From Eledone cirrhosa (Eukaryota): 64,000 bases of DNA. Positions within the stretch are counted from its first letter, which is position 1. Each line of letters starts with the position of its first letter. Both the position numbers and the translations under genes were made by a program. Where the stretch lies: the NCBI GenBank assembly GCA_964016885.1, contig OZ024741.1:47492001-47556000 (forward strand), given 5' to 3'. The notes below the pieces were generated by a model. That model did not search any database. It was given only the letters and a program-made list of their open reading frames with translations, and had not been told where the DNA came from. Of this stretch, positions 43,777-56,073 are shown piece after piece.

Positions 43777-43782
<6 letters not shown>
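43344..43782 (+). mobile_element. Solo pLTR or retrozyme-like module (310-bp unit, tail, inverted 5' arm)
   Basis: Perfect palindrome 43344-43500; direct repeat at 43414 and 43724; hammerhead inside. Confidence 0.75.
43585..43673 (+). ncRNA. Type I hammerhead with long stem I
   Basis: gtagtc-CTGATGA-ttc..gaa-GAAA-cgcg-TA-gattac; 16-bp outer helix ATTCTCGATAAAAGCA/TGCTTTTATCGAGAAT. Confidence 0.88.
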
Positions 43783-43816
<34 letters not shown>

Positions 43817-43840
43817 ATATATATATATATACATATATAT

Positions 43841-43920
<80 letters not shown>

Positions 43921-43922
<2 letters not shown>

Positions 43923-44557
43923 CATCATCATCATCATCATCGTTTAACGGCCTATATTCCACGATTGCATGGGTTTGGATGGGAGTTTTTCCACTTGAGG
44001 CAAGAGTGGTTGTCTTGCTCGCATATGACTGTCTGGCGGGTTTTCTACGGCTGGATGCCCTTCCTAACACCAACCACGTTTACAGTGTGGAACTGGGAGG
44101 TTTTTACCGTGTTACCTACACGGCCACATTACAGCGTGGACTGTGTGTTTTTTGTCGTGACACCTACACGACCTCATTCGTTTCGGCCTGGATGTTGTGG
44201 TATCAACATAACTTTACATTGAAATGGGTGGTGTGGGTGGGGTGGGGGTAGTGGGACGGGGGTGTATTTTGTTAGAGGTGCCTACTGACTGTAGTAGGTT
44301 TTACTTTGTATTTAGGTAAGGCGGGTCTTCTCTATTACTGAGTACCGCCAAAGATCTCGGTCCAGTGACATTGTCTTGGAGAGGTGTAAGTGTGTGAGGT
44401 CGGAATTTATCAAGTCGTCCCAGGTTTTTCTGGGTCTGCCTACTCCGTGGCTACCATCTATTTTTATTGCCCTGCACTTTTTTATACAGCTGTCGTCTTT
44501 CATGTGCATCACGTGACCATACCAACGTAGCCTTCTCTCGAGTAAACAACATCTGAT
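43921..44557 (-). mobile_element. RTE LINE 3' fragment
   Basis: Homologous to 36853-37468; (GAT)n tail. Confidence 0.88.
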
Positions 44558-46350
44558 AAATCGGAGGACTTCGTAGGGTTAATAAGCCGAATAGAGGGGT
44601 TGTTCGGAAAATTGGATTTGTGATCCTTCAGGGTAAAGTGGGGAGAAATAGGGCCCAGAGGTTCGGTCCGGTCCAGGATGTTGAGATCAGATGTGCTTTT
44701 AAACCCAGCATCGTTGATTTCATTGATGACGCACCGATTAGTTTTACGGTAATCCTTAGTTACAGCATTATGTAGTAGTTGATGGTAAGTACTGCGCTCC
44801 ACTTGATATAGGTTGCCAGTTTTGTCGGAATGGACGTGCACGGCATTAGAATCCTTAATAGAACGAATTCTATTCTTCAGGTCTTGCTGGAAGGAATTGC
44901 TCCTATTCCGAAATTTGATACTCCGAATGAATTCCAAGACATCATTTTCGAAGGGTAGCAATGCTGGGTTCTACGGAGGGTTATTATAGGTTTTAATTCC
45001 AAATTTATCCTGTTTGTTGTCTGCTTTTCGTGGATTATCGAAGTAAAAGGCCCGCCAAAGCAACCTTTTAATGAACGCGTCTGTTTTCTGTATCAGGAGT
45101 TTTAGGTATGTTTTCCTGCTTGGTACGGGTATGTTCTTTGTAGAAATATTCAGATGTTGTTTCTGCATGATGAATATAAGTCAGTAGAGTGCTCAACCGA
45201 GGGAGCCAAATAGTAATAATAATAAATTTGAAGACTAAAATCCAAAGAGGGCTCGATAAGGATAAATATATATCAAACATATAAGAACCGTAGAGCAAAT
45301 ATTTATTAAAATAACAGATTAAAGTTTAAGCAAAGAATCGCTGCTTAACGGGATCTTCTGAAACTAACAAAGTCAATCTGTAAACGCAGAAGTGGATATT
45401 TCAAAAAACGTTGCAACCGGAGGAAGACAGGAAGACGATACTTTGGTTCGTGGTAACGTTCGCTGGCAAAGAACGGGAAAAAACGAATATAATACGTCAT
45501 TAATAGGAACGGTGAAAAACAATTACTCGCAAAGACAGAACCACGTTTATGGTATAAAAGAGGTCGTAGACTAATGTTCTCTTAGGTGGTGCATAGAGAC
45601 GTTCTCTGGCAATGAACGAAAAAAAACGAAGATAACACGTCATATGTGGAGCGTTGAGAACAATAGCACGCAAAGACAAAACCACGTAAATGGTATAGCA
45701 GAAGTCGTAGACTAAAATTCTAACTAGGAGACCGACTGAATCTCCGCTACAGAGTTAAGAACAAAGTAAATAAATCCAATACAGAAGTAATAGGAATAAA
45801 TAAATACATACACGCAAACAAATACGTACATACACAAGCATACGCAAAAACTTACCATAGGTAAACAAAACCACGCACATATAAATATGTGTGTGTGTGT
45901 ATGCGTGTATACAAGTAAATGAATAATTATATAAACGTATATAAATAAATAAATACGTATATAACAAGCGCACACACATACCTACATCTAAATACACGAG
46001 TGTTCGGAGACGTAAGTCAACCAAAACATGAAGTACACATATACACACGCCCTACATACGTACGAACCTGCATACTCACACAGACGCAAAACTCCCGTAT
46101 ACACATAGCCGAACCATATGTACCAGGATATATAAAAAAATTATACGCCATAATAATCAAATATACGTACGACCTCTTTTATACCATAAACGTGGTTCTG
46201 TCTTTGCGCGTAATTGTTTTTCACCGCTCCTATTAATGACGTATTATATTCGTTTTTTCCCGTTCTTTGCCAGCGAACGTTTCCACGAACCAAAGTATCG
46301 TCTTCCTGTCTTCCTCCGGTTGGAACGTTTTTTGAAATATCCACTTCTGC

Positions 46351-46355
<5 letters not shown>
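44558..46355 (-). mobile_element. PLE family A (Hydra-clade-like): pLTR plus N-terminal ORF fragment, with an inverted segment
   Basis: KNIPVPS..KRLLWRA, SDKT, TLKDHK..RLINP; pLTR shared with 54279-54539; 46167-46355 is an inverted copy of 45381-45569. Confidence 0.8.
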
Positions 46356-46419
<64 letters not shown>

Positions 46420-47505
46420 TACAATATCGGAGTGGTGGAAAGCACGTGTGTGTGGGGTTTAAGCGTGTTGTGGGTGTAGGTGGTGTGTGGGAGAAAAATT
46501 TTTTTGGGTGTGTGTGGGTGAGTTATATAGGTGATTCCGTAAGAGGATGGTTGAAATGTTGGTAAATTCCTATGATGTTTAGTAGATTCCGTGGTGGTCA
46601 AGTTCCACATACGAGTATTCCATGAAGAGATGGTCGGAAGAGGAGAGATGTGGGGTGCGCGCGCAACAGGAAGTGGTCAAGCGGTGGGAGTGCTGTGTGT
46701 CTGTTTGTGCTGGGAGGTGGTCAGAGGGCATAGCAGCAGTCAGGTGGAATGGTAAAGGGGCGAGGATGGGTAGGTGTGAAAGTTGGAGTGAGGAGGGGGT
46801 GTGTGTGTATTAGTAGAGGTGTTAGTGGGATGAGTGATGTGGAGCGAGGGTGTGGGTGGAGCGGGGAGAGAAGGGTGTGTGTAGTTCTATGGAGGGAGTG
46901 TGGTGTACTGGTGTGTGTGTAGTTTGATGAAGGGGGTGTTAGTGGGTGTTAGTATACGGGAGGTGGGGAAAGGGTTGAATGCAGGTGTGAGTGGGGGTTA
47001 GTGGTGGTAGGGTGTGTAGAGTTGGTGGTGTACGAGCGTGTGTGGGTACGTGTGCGTGGGGTTGGGGGGTGTTAGTGATGTTAGTTGCGTGTTGGGTGGG
47101 TGGTGTAAGTGGGTGCGTGTGTTCGTGTGCTTGGGGTCAGGGGGTGTTAGTGAGGTTAGTTGCGGGGTGGTGGGATGGAGGTGTGGGGGTGAGGGTTAGT
47201 GGTGGTAGTAGAATGTGTGTTAAGTGTGAGCGCGTGTATATATGTGCCGGTGGGTGTGTGCGTGTGATAAGGAGGGGGGAGGAGGAGAAGAAGGGAGGGA
47301 TGTTAGTATGTTAGTTGGGGAAGGGTGGTCGGATGAGGGGTGGAGTGGAGGTGTTAGTATTGTTAGTTGTGTGGGGTGGGCGGTGAAAAGGAGGGGTGTG
47401 TTAGTGGTGTTAGTGGGGGATAAGTGTGGGGGAGGGGGGCGGTCGAAGGCTAAAGGAATAAGGGTGGGGAGTTCAGGCCGGGGGGAGTGTGGGTCTGTAA
47501 GATGA
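46420..47505. repeat. G/T-rich low-complexity tract
   Basis: Strong G skew with many GGG runs and GTTAG motifs. Confidence 0.7.
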
Positions 47506-47809
47506 AGAACAAAACCAAACAAACCAAATTGACCGGTCAATTACATTTACATACATCTATATTCTTATATATTTGAAACCACGTGTTTACCAACTTGTGA
47601 GTACATTTTACTTTAATTACAAATTATTATATACTTTCGTCTTTTCATTAATTTCATTAATTTCAAATAACCAGAATATATATATAAATATATACTTATA
47701 TTTATATATACACTTCTCACTCACACACAAGAAAAACACAAAAAAACAAAAAACAAAAAAAAAGAATATATTGAAATACTTAACTAAAACACACACACTC
47801 AAAACTAGA

Positions 47810-48962
47810 ATGGCTAACCAGCAAAAATCCAAACAGAACTGGTCTGATAATGAAATTGACATTCTAATAAACACATGGCATTGCCTTACCCAAACAGAAG
47901 ACATAGATGCTTCATGTCTGAACGACATTGCTAAATGTACAGTTCACCTTTTGAAAACCCGATCTGAACAACAGATTCAAAATAAATTAAAGCAAATCGA
48001 AGTTGCTTTTAAATTAATCAATGAACATTTGGATAAACTACGGTGTGTTTTTTCTTCGGATGCTGTCCAACAGCAGCAACAACAACAACAGCAGCAACAA
48101 CGGCAACAACAACAACAGCTACAACAACAACAGCAACAACAACAACAGCAACAACAACAACGACAACAACAGTGTGAACCACTCCTTGATTCATCAACAA
48201 TGGCCGAACTACTAAATGAAACTATTGACCTCCCAGTAGCCACTGTCTCACAGCAGGAAACGCCTCTTCCTTTCTCTGCCCCAACAGGCCAATCATCACC
48301 ACTGCCAACATCTCCTCTGCCTACTACTACTACTACAACAACATCTTTGCCTACTGCTATCTCAAGGAATTTACCTTCTAATACCAGTACAAGAACTCTC
48401 CCTCCCACAGCCCACAAAGGTCGTCAAAACCTACTCAAACTATCATCTACACCTCTCACAACACACACACACACATACACGCCCACTCGAAACCCCATCA
48501 TTTGCCGCTACTCTCTACGCTATAGAATATGTACGGAGAGTGGCTGCAAATTCACCCATTTACCTAGGACAAAACGGTCTATCCCCACAAACAGCCACCA
48601 CCATAATACATACTCTAATTTAACACCAACACAACCACCAATAACTCAAACAAGGAATCCACAAATCTGCCGCTTTTCCCTGCGAGACATTGTGTTTACA
48701 CCGGGATTGTCCCTTTACCCATCTCCCGGGGACCCGTCGGACAAATGAAAATAAAAATAAAAATAAAAGCAAAAACAAAAACCATAACCTACATAAAAAT
48801 AACCACTACCACAGTCACCAACAGTATCCTAAGCAGGAAACTTCTTCCTCTTTTTTAGCCATAATGAATCTGGCAAAAGAACTGGAAAAAAACATTCGAG
48901 CTATCACCCAGCACCACCCTCCACTATCACCCCACTGCACAAACTCCCATTGCTGCCATTAA
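47810..48962 (+). pseudogene. LINE ORF1: Myb/SANT-like N terminus, polyQ, two CCCH fingers; 1-nt frameshift near 48690
   Basis: NWSDNEIDILINTW..RSEQQIQNKLK; ~35-residue Q run; CRYSLRYRICTESGCKFTH and restored CRFSLRD(I)CLHRDCPFTH. Confidence 0.7.
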
Positions 48963-51900
48963 CAAACAAACAAATTAACAACACACCAAAACAATTAAAA
49001 CCATCCACTCTCGCCTCAACATTTTTGCTTAACGCCCAAGGCATCAGCCCTTCCACCAATACTCAAAAATGGAAGATCAAATTCCTGGAGGACTGGGTTG
49101 ATGTCCATCCAAACCACATCCCTTTCTTCGTCATCACTGAAACCCATCTCAGTAACCTCCACTTGGAAGCCGAGGTGAAAGTGAAAAATTTCAAAGCCAT
49201 CCGTGCTGATCGCGCTGGCAGAAGAAAGGGTGGGACTGCCATTTATGTCCATAATTCTTTCTCAACAGAGGCTATGAACATATTTACTAATGGATACTGC
49301 GAAGCAGTCACTGTATTCAGTCAAACCAACAACCTAATAGTAGTTGGGCTCTATAGGCCACCCCAAACGCCTCTACCATGCTTCAAGGAATGCCTCAACA
49401 GCATAAAGTGTTTCATCCAAGAGTGTCACCCTGACAACATCTTAATGATGGGGGACTTCAACCTCCCCGGAGTTGACTGGTCCACAAACAGCCTGCCACC
49501 AGGTTCTTCTGCCTCAACCTCTGACAGGGAAGCAGTGGAATCGCTTCTTGACTTCATGGATGATTTCTTCCTGTCCCAACTGGTGCTCGAACCAACGAGG
49601 TGCCACAAAAACGTCCTAGACTTAATTTTCAGCAATCACACTGACAACATCCACAATATTGCAGTGGAGAAAACTCTACTCTCTGATCATGACATGGTTC
49701 TCTGTGATCTGATATTCCACCGTCCAATATACAAACCCAATGTCATCTCTCCTGTCCATCCGTTTGACGCTATGGATTTCCACAATGCAAACTGGGAAGC
49801 GATCAGTCATGATCTTGCACATGTCGACTGGTCCTTCACGCACACTCATACACCCACTAACATCAAAAAGTCCTGGCAGACATTTGTGGACACTGTTACA
49901 AACATATGTGCAAACCCACCCCATTAAGAACTAGAAACAAATCTAAGAGCAGAATCCCTAGAAATAGAAAAACGCTCATCAGGAAAATTAAGAGAACTAA
50001 CAAAAAAATCAACAAGCTGAAATACTGTCAGCAGCAACACATCAACTTGACTGCCATTTCATCACTAGAGATTAAAAAACATAACCTCCAAAACAATATG
50101 ATGTCTATCATCAACAATCAGAGAAGAGCTGAAGAGGCCTGGGCTATTGAGAAGATCAAACTCAATCCCAAAGTGTTCTTTTCATTTGCAAAAAAAACAC
50201 AAAATCACTGGCTCTACTGTTGGCCCTCTAATTGATGAAAATGGCACTCTTCAAGACAATGCTAAAACCATGGGTGAGATACTGCAGAAACAATACTGCT
50301 GTTTTCAGCAATCCTGATATGGCCGATCTGGGCTGTATCGGCGATGTTACTCCCCATTACACCTTATCGGACATAACGTTTGGCGCCCCTGATGTCTTAG
50401 CGGCAATAAAGGAAATCAAGCATAATTCAGCAGTAGGTCCCGATAGGTTCCCTGCTTGTGTCTTGAAGGCGTGTCAACACCAACTTGCATCTCCTCTTGC
50501 CAATCTGTGGCGGAACTCAGTGGATGCTGGATATGTGCCAGAAAACCTTCTATCCCAGTCTGTTGTCCCAGTTTTCAAAAAAGGAAACAAATCCCTTGCC
50601 GTGAATTACCGTCCAATCTCACTCACCTCTCATATCATTAAGGTATTTGAGAGAGTGGTGAGATCGCGAATGACTCACTTCCTTGAGAGTAACAATATGC
50701 TGAACTCCAACTAGCATGGATTCCGTAATGGAAGGGATTGCCTGACGCAGCTACTGCATCACTTTGATGACATTTTGAGAGCCTTGGGAGAGGGTTCCAA
50801 CACTGATGTTATCTACCTTGATTTCAGCAAGGCCTTTGACAGGGTTGATCACAACATTCTACTGAGAAAGCTGTCCAATATTGGTGTCACTGGAAAGCTG
50901 CTGCAGTGGATCAAGAGCTTCCTGTCAAACAGAACCCAACATGTTGTAGTCGAAGGAGTCAAATCCAGCCCAGCCAAAGTCAGTTGTGGGGTCCCACAAG
51001 GCACTGTGTTGGGCCCACTTCTCTTCATCATCTATATTAATGACATCACTGACATCATCAAACACAGCAACATTAGAATTTTCGCTGATGATTCCAAGCT
51101 CCAAAAGGTCATCGATGGCGTGGATGACCGGATAAGCCTTCAGTCAGACCTACTGGCTGTTACCCAATGGGCGGAAAAGAACAACATGTTACTGAACGAA
51201 GACAAATTCGAACTGATCCACTTTGGAAAAGAGGATGCTCTGAAACTCCCGTACTCCCTTCCCTCTGGTGAAACTCTCGTGGCATCTAACAACATCAGAG
51301 ACTTGGGAGTAACCGTGGACAGCAACATAAGCTGGGCCACGCATATAAGCAGCAAAGTTGACATGGCCCGCAGAATGTGTTCCTGGATCCTCAGAACCTT
51401 CCAGTCGAGAGATTCCCACACCATTATCCTTCTCTTCTCTACTTTTGCCCGACCACACCTTGAATACTGTTGTCCACTGTGGTCTCCCCACACGAAACAA
51501 AGTATCATGAAACTTGAAGCTCTCCAAAGGGCAATCACGAAAAAGATAGATGGCATGTCAGACCTTGACTACTGGGGTCGACTAGAAAAGCTGAAACTTT
51601 ACTCACTCCAACGTCGCCGTGAGCGTTATATTATCTGCATGATGTGGAAAATGTTTCATCAGCACTGCCCAAATGATGTTGGCATCACCTTCAAAATACA
51701 CCCAAGGCTTGGGCCCCGTGCTATCCGTCCCAAACAAAAATCTAAATCGCAACACATAACAACAATACGGCACAATTATTTCACCTCAATTGGCCCTGCT
51801 CTCTTCAACATCACACCAGGACACGTCAAAATAGAAACTGACCACACAAAATTCAAGAAGTCTTTGGACAAATTCCTCCAAGTAATCCCGGACAAACCAC

Positions 51901-51968
51901 CCACACCCGGATATGTCTCCGCAAACAGTAATTCTCTTCTCGAATGGGCCATGGTGCCCAAATCCTGA
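48950..51968 (+). pseudogene. LINE ORF2 (AP endonuclease + RT), with frameshifts and a TAG at 50712
   Basis: LNAQG, ITETHL, YRPP, GDFN, LDLIF, SDH; NYRPISL, YLDFSKAFD, GVPQG, FADD. Confidence 0.92.
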
Positions 51969-52104
51969 GTTGAAAAACTTCGCCAGGTGGTGCTATTAAG
52001 TTAGACATGGCCTGGGCCAATACTGGCCAAAACATTTCAAAGTTATTCAAAGTTATATATATATATACATATATATACATATAGATATATATACACATAT
52101 ATAT

Positions 52105-52186
<82 letters not shown>

Positions 52187-52241
52187 GTGAGGTTTTTTTT
52201 ACAAAATGAAAAATAACCGAGGTGTCCTACACGAGTGAAAG

Positions 52242-52645
52242 TATAAAGAAAAAGAGATGAAAGCGAAAATGCAACTGGAGTCTTATTTTTTAAAAAAATA
52301 TATATATTTATTTGGTTCCTTTACCGGTTTCGCAGTTCTTCTGCTTTCCAAAAGGTGAGTTGAGATGGAGGGTCTGTGGTTTTTCTCACATCTGATTGGT
52401 CTCTGAATGTTACTTGTTTTATATGGAAAAAGTGGCTCGAAATGCCAGGCATTTCGAGCCACTTTTTCCATATAAAACAAGTAACATTCAGAGACCAATC
52501 AGATGTGAGAAAAACCACAGACCCTCCATCTCAACTCACCTTTTGGAAAGCAGAAGAACTGCGAAACCGGTAAAGGAACCAAATAAATATATATATTTTT
52601 TTTTAAAATAAGACTCCAGTTGCATTTTCGATTTCATCTCTTTTT

Positions 52646-52652
<7 letters not shown>
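52242..52652. repeat. Near-perfect palindrome (~205-bp arms, centre 52447), pLTR-like
   Basis: GAAATGCC-a-GGCATTTC centre; arms carry a CCAAT box, a hammerhead-like fold and AATAAA. Confidence 0.9.
52539..52576 (+). ncRNA. Variant-core hammerhead (UUGGAAA); mirror copy at 52318-52355 (-)
   Basis: cctt-TTGGAAA-gcag aagaa ctgc-GAAA-ccgg-TA-aagg. Confidence 0.6.
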
Positions 52653-52701
<49 letters not shown>

Positions 52702-52719
52702 ATATACATATATATATAC

Positions 52720-52754
<35 letters not shown>

Positions 52755-52841
52755 CATATATATATACATATATATATATATATACATATATATATATGTA
52801 TATATATATACATATACATATATATATACATATATATATAT

Positions 52842-53763
52842 ATCAACATATGTTAACCTTGGTCTTCCTCTTCTAGTGTGTCCATGTAGGGGCTCCCAAA
52901 GAGCACTGAGTGCAATGTCAACTCTGGATGTCGGTGAGCATGTCCAGCCAACCTCAGTCTCCTCTGTGTCACTTTTGAGCTGACTATTGGGATGCTCCCA
53001 TACAGCTCTGAGTTTTTCATCCTCAGTGTATACTGATTAATGTTCAGAGCCATCCTCAGCATTCTCGTGTAGCACCCATCCACCATCTGAGTGAGTCTCT
53101 TGGTCAGTGTCCAAGTCTCAGACCCATACAGCAGCACAGACTCCACTACAGCAATGAAGAGGCAGACTTTCAGGTCTCTACGAAGGTCCGACTTCCACAC
53201 CGATCTCAAGCTGTGGCACGCCATCTTCCGTATTCCCAATCTTTGCTCCCAAATACAGGAAGCCCTCAACCAATTCTAGCGGCTTCCCGCCTACATTAGT
53301 GATCCCCTCTGGCTTCTCAACATTCTCTACCAGATATTTTGTTTTAGTCTCATTCATTCTCAGCCCCACACTCATCGACACAGTCTCAACCTCCCGCATC
53401 AAATCCTCTGCCTCCTTCACTGTATTTGTCACCAAAACTATGTCGTCGGCAAATTCAGCATCCGATACCTTTTTCGCCCCAACTCTCCTGCTCTGAGCCG
53501 GTGCTACAGTAAAGCCAGAGTCCTGGTGTTTCTCCAGTGCAAGGCGCATACAATAGTCCACTACGATGATAAAAAGGTAGGGAGCCAATGTATCTCCCTG
53601 GAGCACTCCAGCCAGTATCTCAAAGAACTCTGTCATCCCATCAGGTGTAATGCCCTAAGGACAGACACTGGTCTGTTGGAGATGCAGGATATGGCAGCGA
53701 TAATGAGGGACAGAGACCGCTGGAGAGAACTCGTCCATGGATCTCGGGAATTTTACCCGCCTT

Positions 53764-53766
<3 letters not shown>
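52842..53766. mobile_element. 5'-inverted RTE-clade LINE insertion (second RTE family)
   Basis: 52842-53650 (-) carries GVLQGD, FADD, ..GRPRLTYVD; 53652-53766 (+) continues ALRTDTG..WRELV..YPP*. Confidence 0.85.
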
Positions 53767-54278
<512 letters not shown>

Positions 54279-54281
<3 letters not shown>

Positions 54282-55108
54282 ATAATAATAAATTTGAAGA
54301 CTAAAATCCAAAGAGGGCTCGATAAGGATAAATATATATCAAATATATAAGAACCGTAGAGCAAATATTTATTAAAATAACAGATTAAAGTTTAAGCAAA
54401 GAATCGCTGCCTTCACCCCCAACGGGATCTTCTGAAACTAACAAAGTCAATCTGTAAACGCAGAAGTGGATATTTCAAAAAACGTTGCAACCGGAGGAAG
54501 ACAGGAAGACGATACTTTGGTTCGTGGAAACGTTCGCTATGCAAATAAGTAATGGTATAAACAAAACATACTTAGCTCCCACATCAAGACGTAAAATATC
54601 CACGTATAAATCGTACTATCCGTTAGGGTATAACGTGGGGCTGTAATACAGGAAACTTTTGTGCAATTTATGTTTACAAGCCGAAATTGCCTCAGATTTT
54701 TTGTTTAAGATGTGGTCTGTGGCGTAGAGTATTTCCAGGGCCTCAGCGGCGCAGATGTCACATGGTCTTTTATTTCCGTTATACGATCTAGCCCTAGCTA
54801 GGATCTCCCAGTGTAACTTAAATTGGGTGTGGTTGTCTTTTAGACTCCAGATATAAGCTGAAAGTGACGTCATATTCCTTCTTAGAGGGTAACGAAAAGA
54901 ATGGGTATGCATGTAAAGACGCTGCTTCAATCTATTGGCGGTTAACCCTATGTAGGCCCTACGGGACGTGGGTGTTACAACCTTACATTTGTAGACAATG
55001 TTACTAGAGAGGCATTTCCCGGATAGAGGGCAATCAACCCGATTCATACAATTACAGTTAGTACTAACTACAGGGTTGCACGTGTTCCTACGGCCAGGTA
55101 GTTTAGCT
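54279..55108 (-). mobile_element. PLE family A 3' fragment (CxCx5C linker, GIY-YIG, pLTR)
   Basis: [31 protein letters not shown]; stop at 54616. Confidence 0.85.
54389..54439 (-). ncRNA. Variant-core hammerhead (CAGAAGA), family A
   Basis: agttt-CAGAAGA-ccc..ggg-GAAG-gca..tgc-TT-aaact. Confidence 0.55.
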
Positions 55109-55125
55109 AAATATATATGTATATG

Positions 55126-55210
<85 letters not shown>

Positions 55211-55222
55211 AAGGCGGGTAAA

Positions 55223-55301
<79 letters not shown>

Positions 55302-55332
55302 TATATACATATATATATACATATATATATAC

Positions 55333-55379
<47 letters not shown>

Positions 55380-55394
55380 CATATATATATATAC

Positions 55395-55443
<49 letters not shown>

Positions 55444-55444
55444 C

Positions 55445-55475
<31 letters not shown>

Positions 55476-55484
55476 CATATATAC

Positions 55485-55515
<31 letters not shown>

Positions 55516-55564
55516 CATATAGATATATATATATATACATATACATATATATACATATATATAT

Positions 55565-55790
55565 AGTAATAATAATAAATTTGAAGACTAAAATCCAAAG
55601 AGGGCTCGATAAGGATAAATATATATCAAATATATAAGAACCGTAGAGCAAATATTTATTAAAATAACAGATTAAAGTTTAAGCAAAGAATCGCTGCTTT
55701 CACCCTTAACGGGATCTTCTGAAACTTTCAGAAGATCCCGTTAAGGGTCAAAGCAGCGATTCTTTGCTTAAACTTTAATCTGTTATTTTA

Positions 55791-55798
<8 letters not shown>
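55565..55798 (-). mobile_element. Solo family A pLTR with 73-bp snap-back palindrome
   Basis: Matches 54279-54439; inverted about 55725. Confidence 0.85.
55676..55726 (-). ncRNA. Variant-core hammerhead (CAGAAGA), best copy
   Basis: agttt-CAGAAGA-t ccc gttaa ggg t-GAAA-gca gcgattctt tgc-TT-aaact. Confidence 0.65.
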
Positions 55799-55854
<56 letters not shown>

Positions 55855-55995
55855 AGTATTGAAGTTTCCGTTGAAAATTGAAAAAGTCATATTTTTTTAT
55901 ATATTTTATATGTCTATTGCATTACTTTTATTTATATATATATATTTTTTTTGCTTTTCTTGAGGAGACTTTCCAAATATTTCACTATGTTTTAT

Positions 55996-56073
55996 ATTGC
56001 CTCGTCCGACGAACGAATGTGGACGTTTCTTTCGTATTCGTCTTATTCGGGAAACCTCTGGTAATGAGGTAAT
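55996..56073 (+). ncRNA. Variant-core hammerhead (CCGACGA) in the 5' pLTR
   Basis: attgcctcgt-CCGACGA-cgaat..attcg-GAAA-cc tct gg-TA-atgaggtaat. Confidence 0.7.

Larger units (their letters stand above)
47545..52055 (+). mobile_element. Near full-length CR1-group LINE (ORF1 + APE-RT), inactivated
   Basis: Two ORFs and a (TTCAAAGTTA)2 tail running into (TA)n; 5' boundary approximate. Confidence 0.88.

Noticed and set aside
46420-47505. Interstitial telomere
   Set aside because: Only scattered GTTAG motifs are present, with no tandem TTAGGG.
47977-48417. Poly-Cys and poly-Val ORFs
   Set aside because: They are antisense frames of the CAA/CAG polyQ tract.
52283-52611. Duplicated small ORFs on opposite strands
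   Set aside because: They are a by-product of the palindrome and have no coding motifs.
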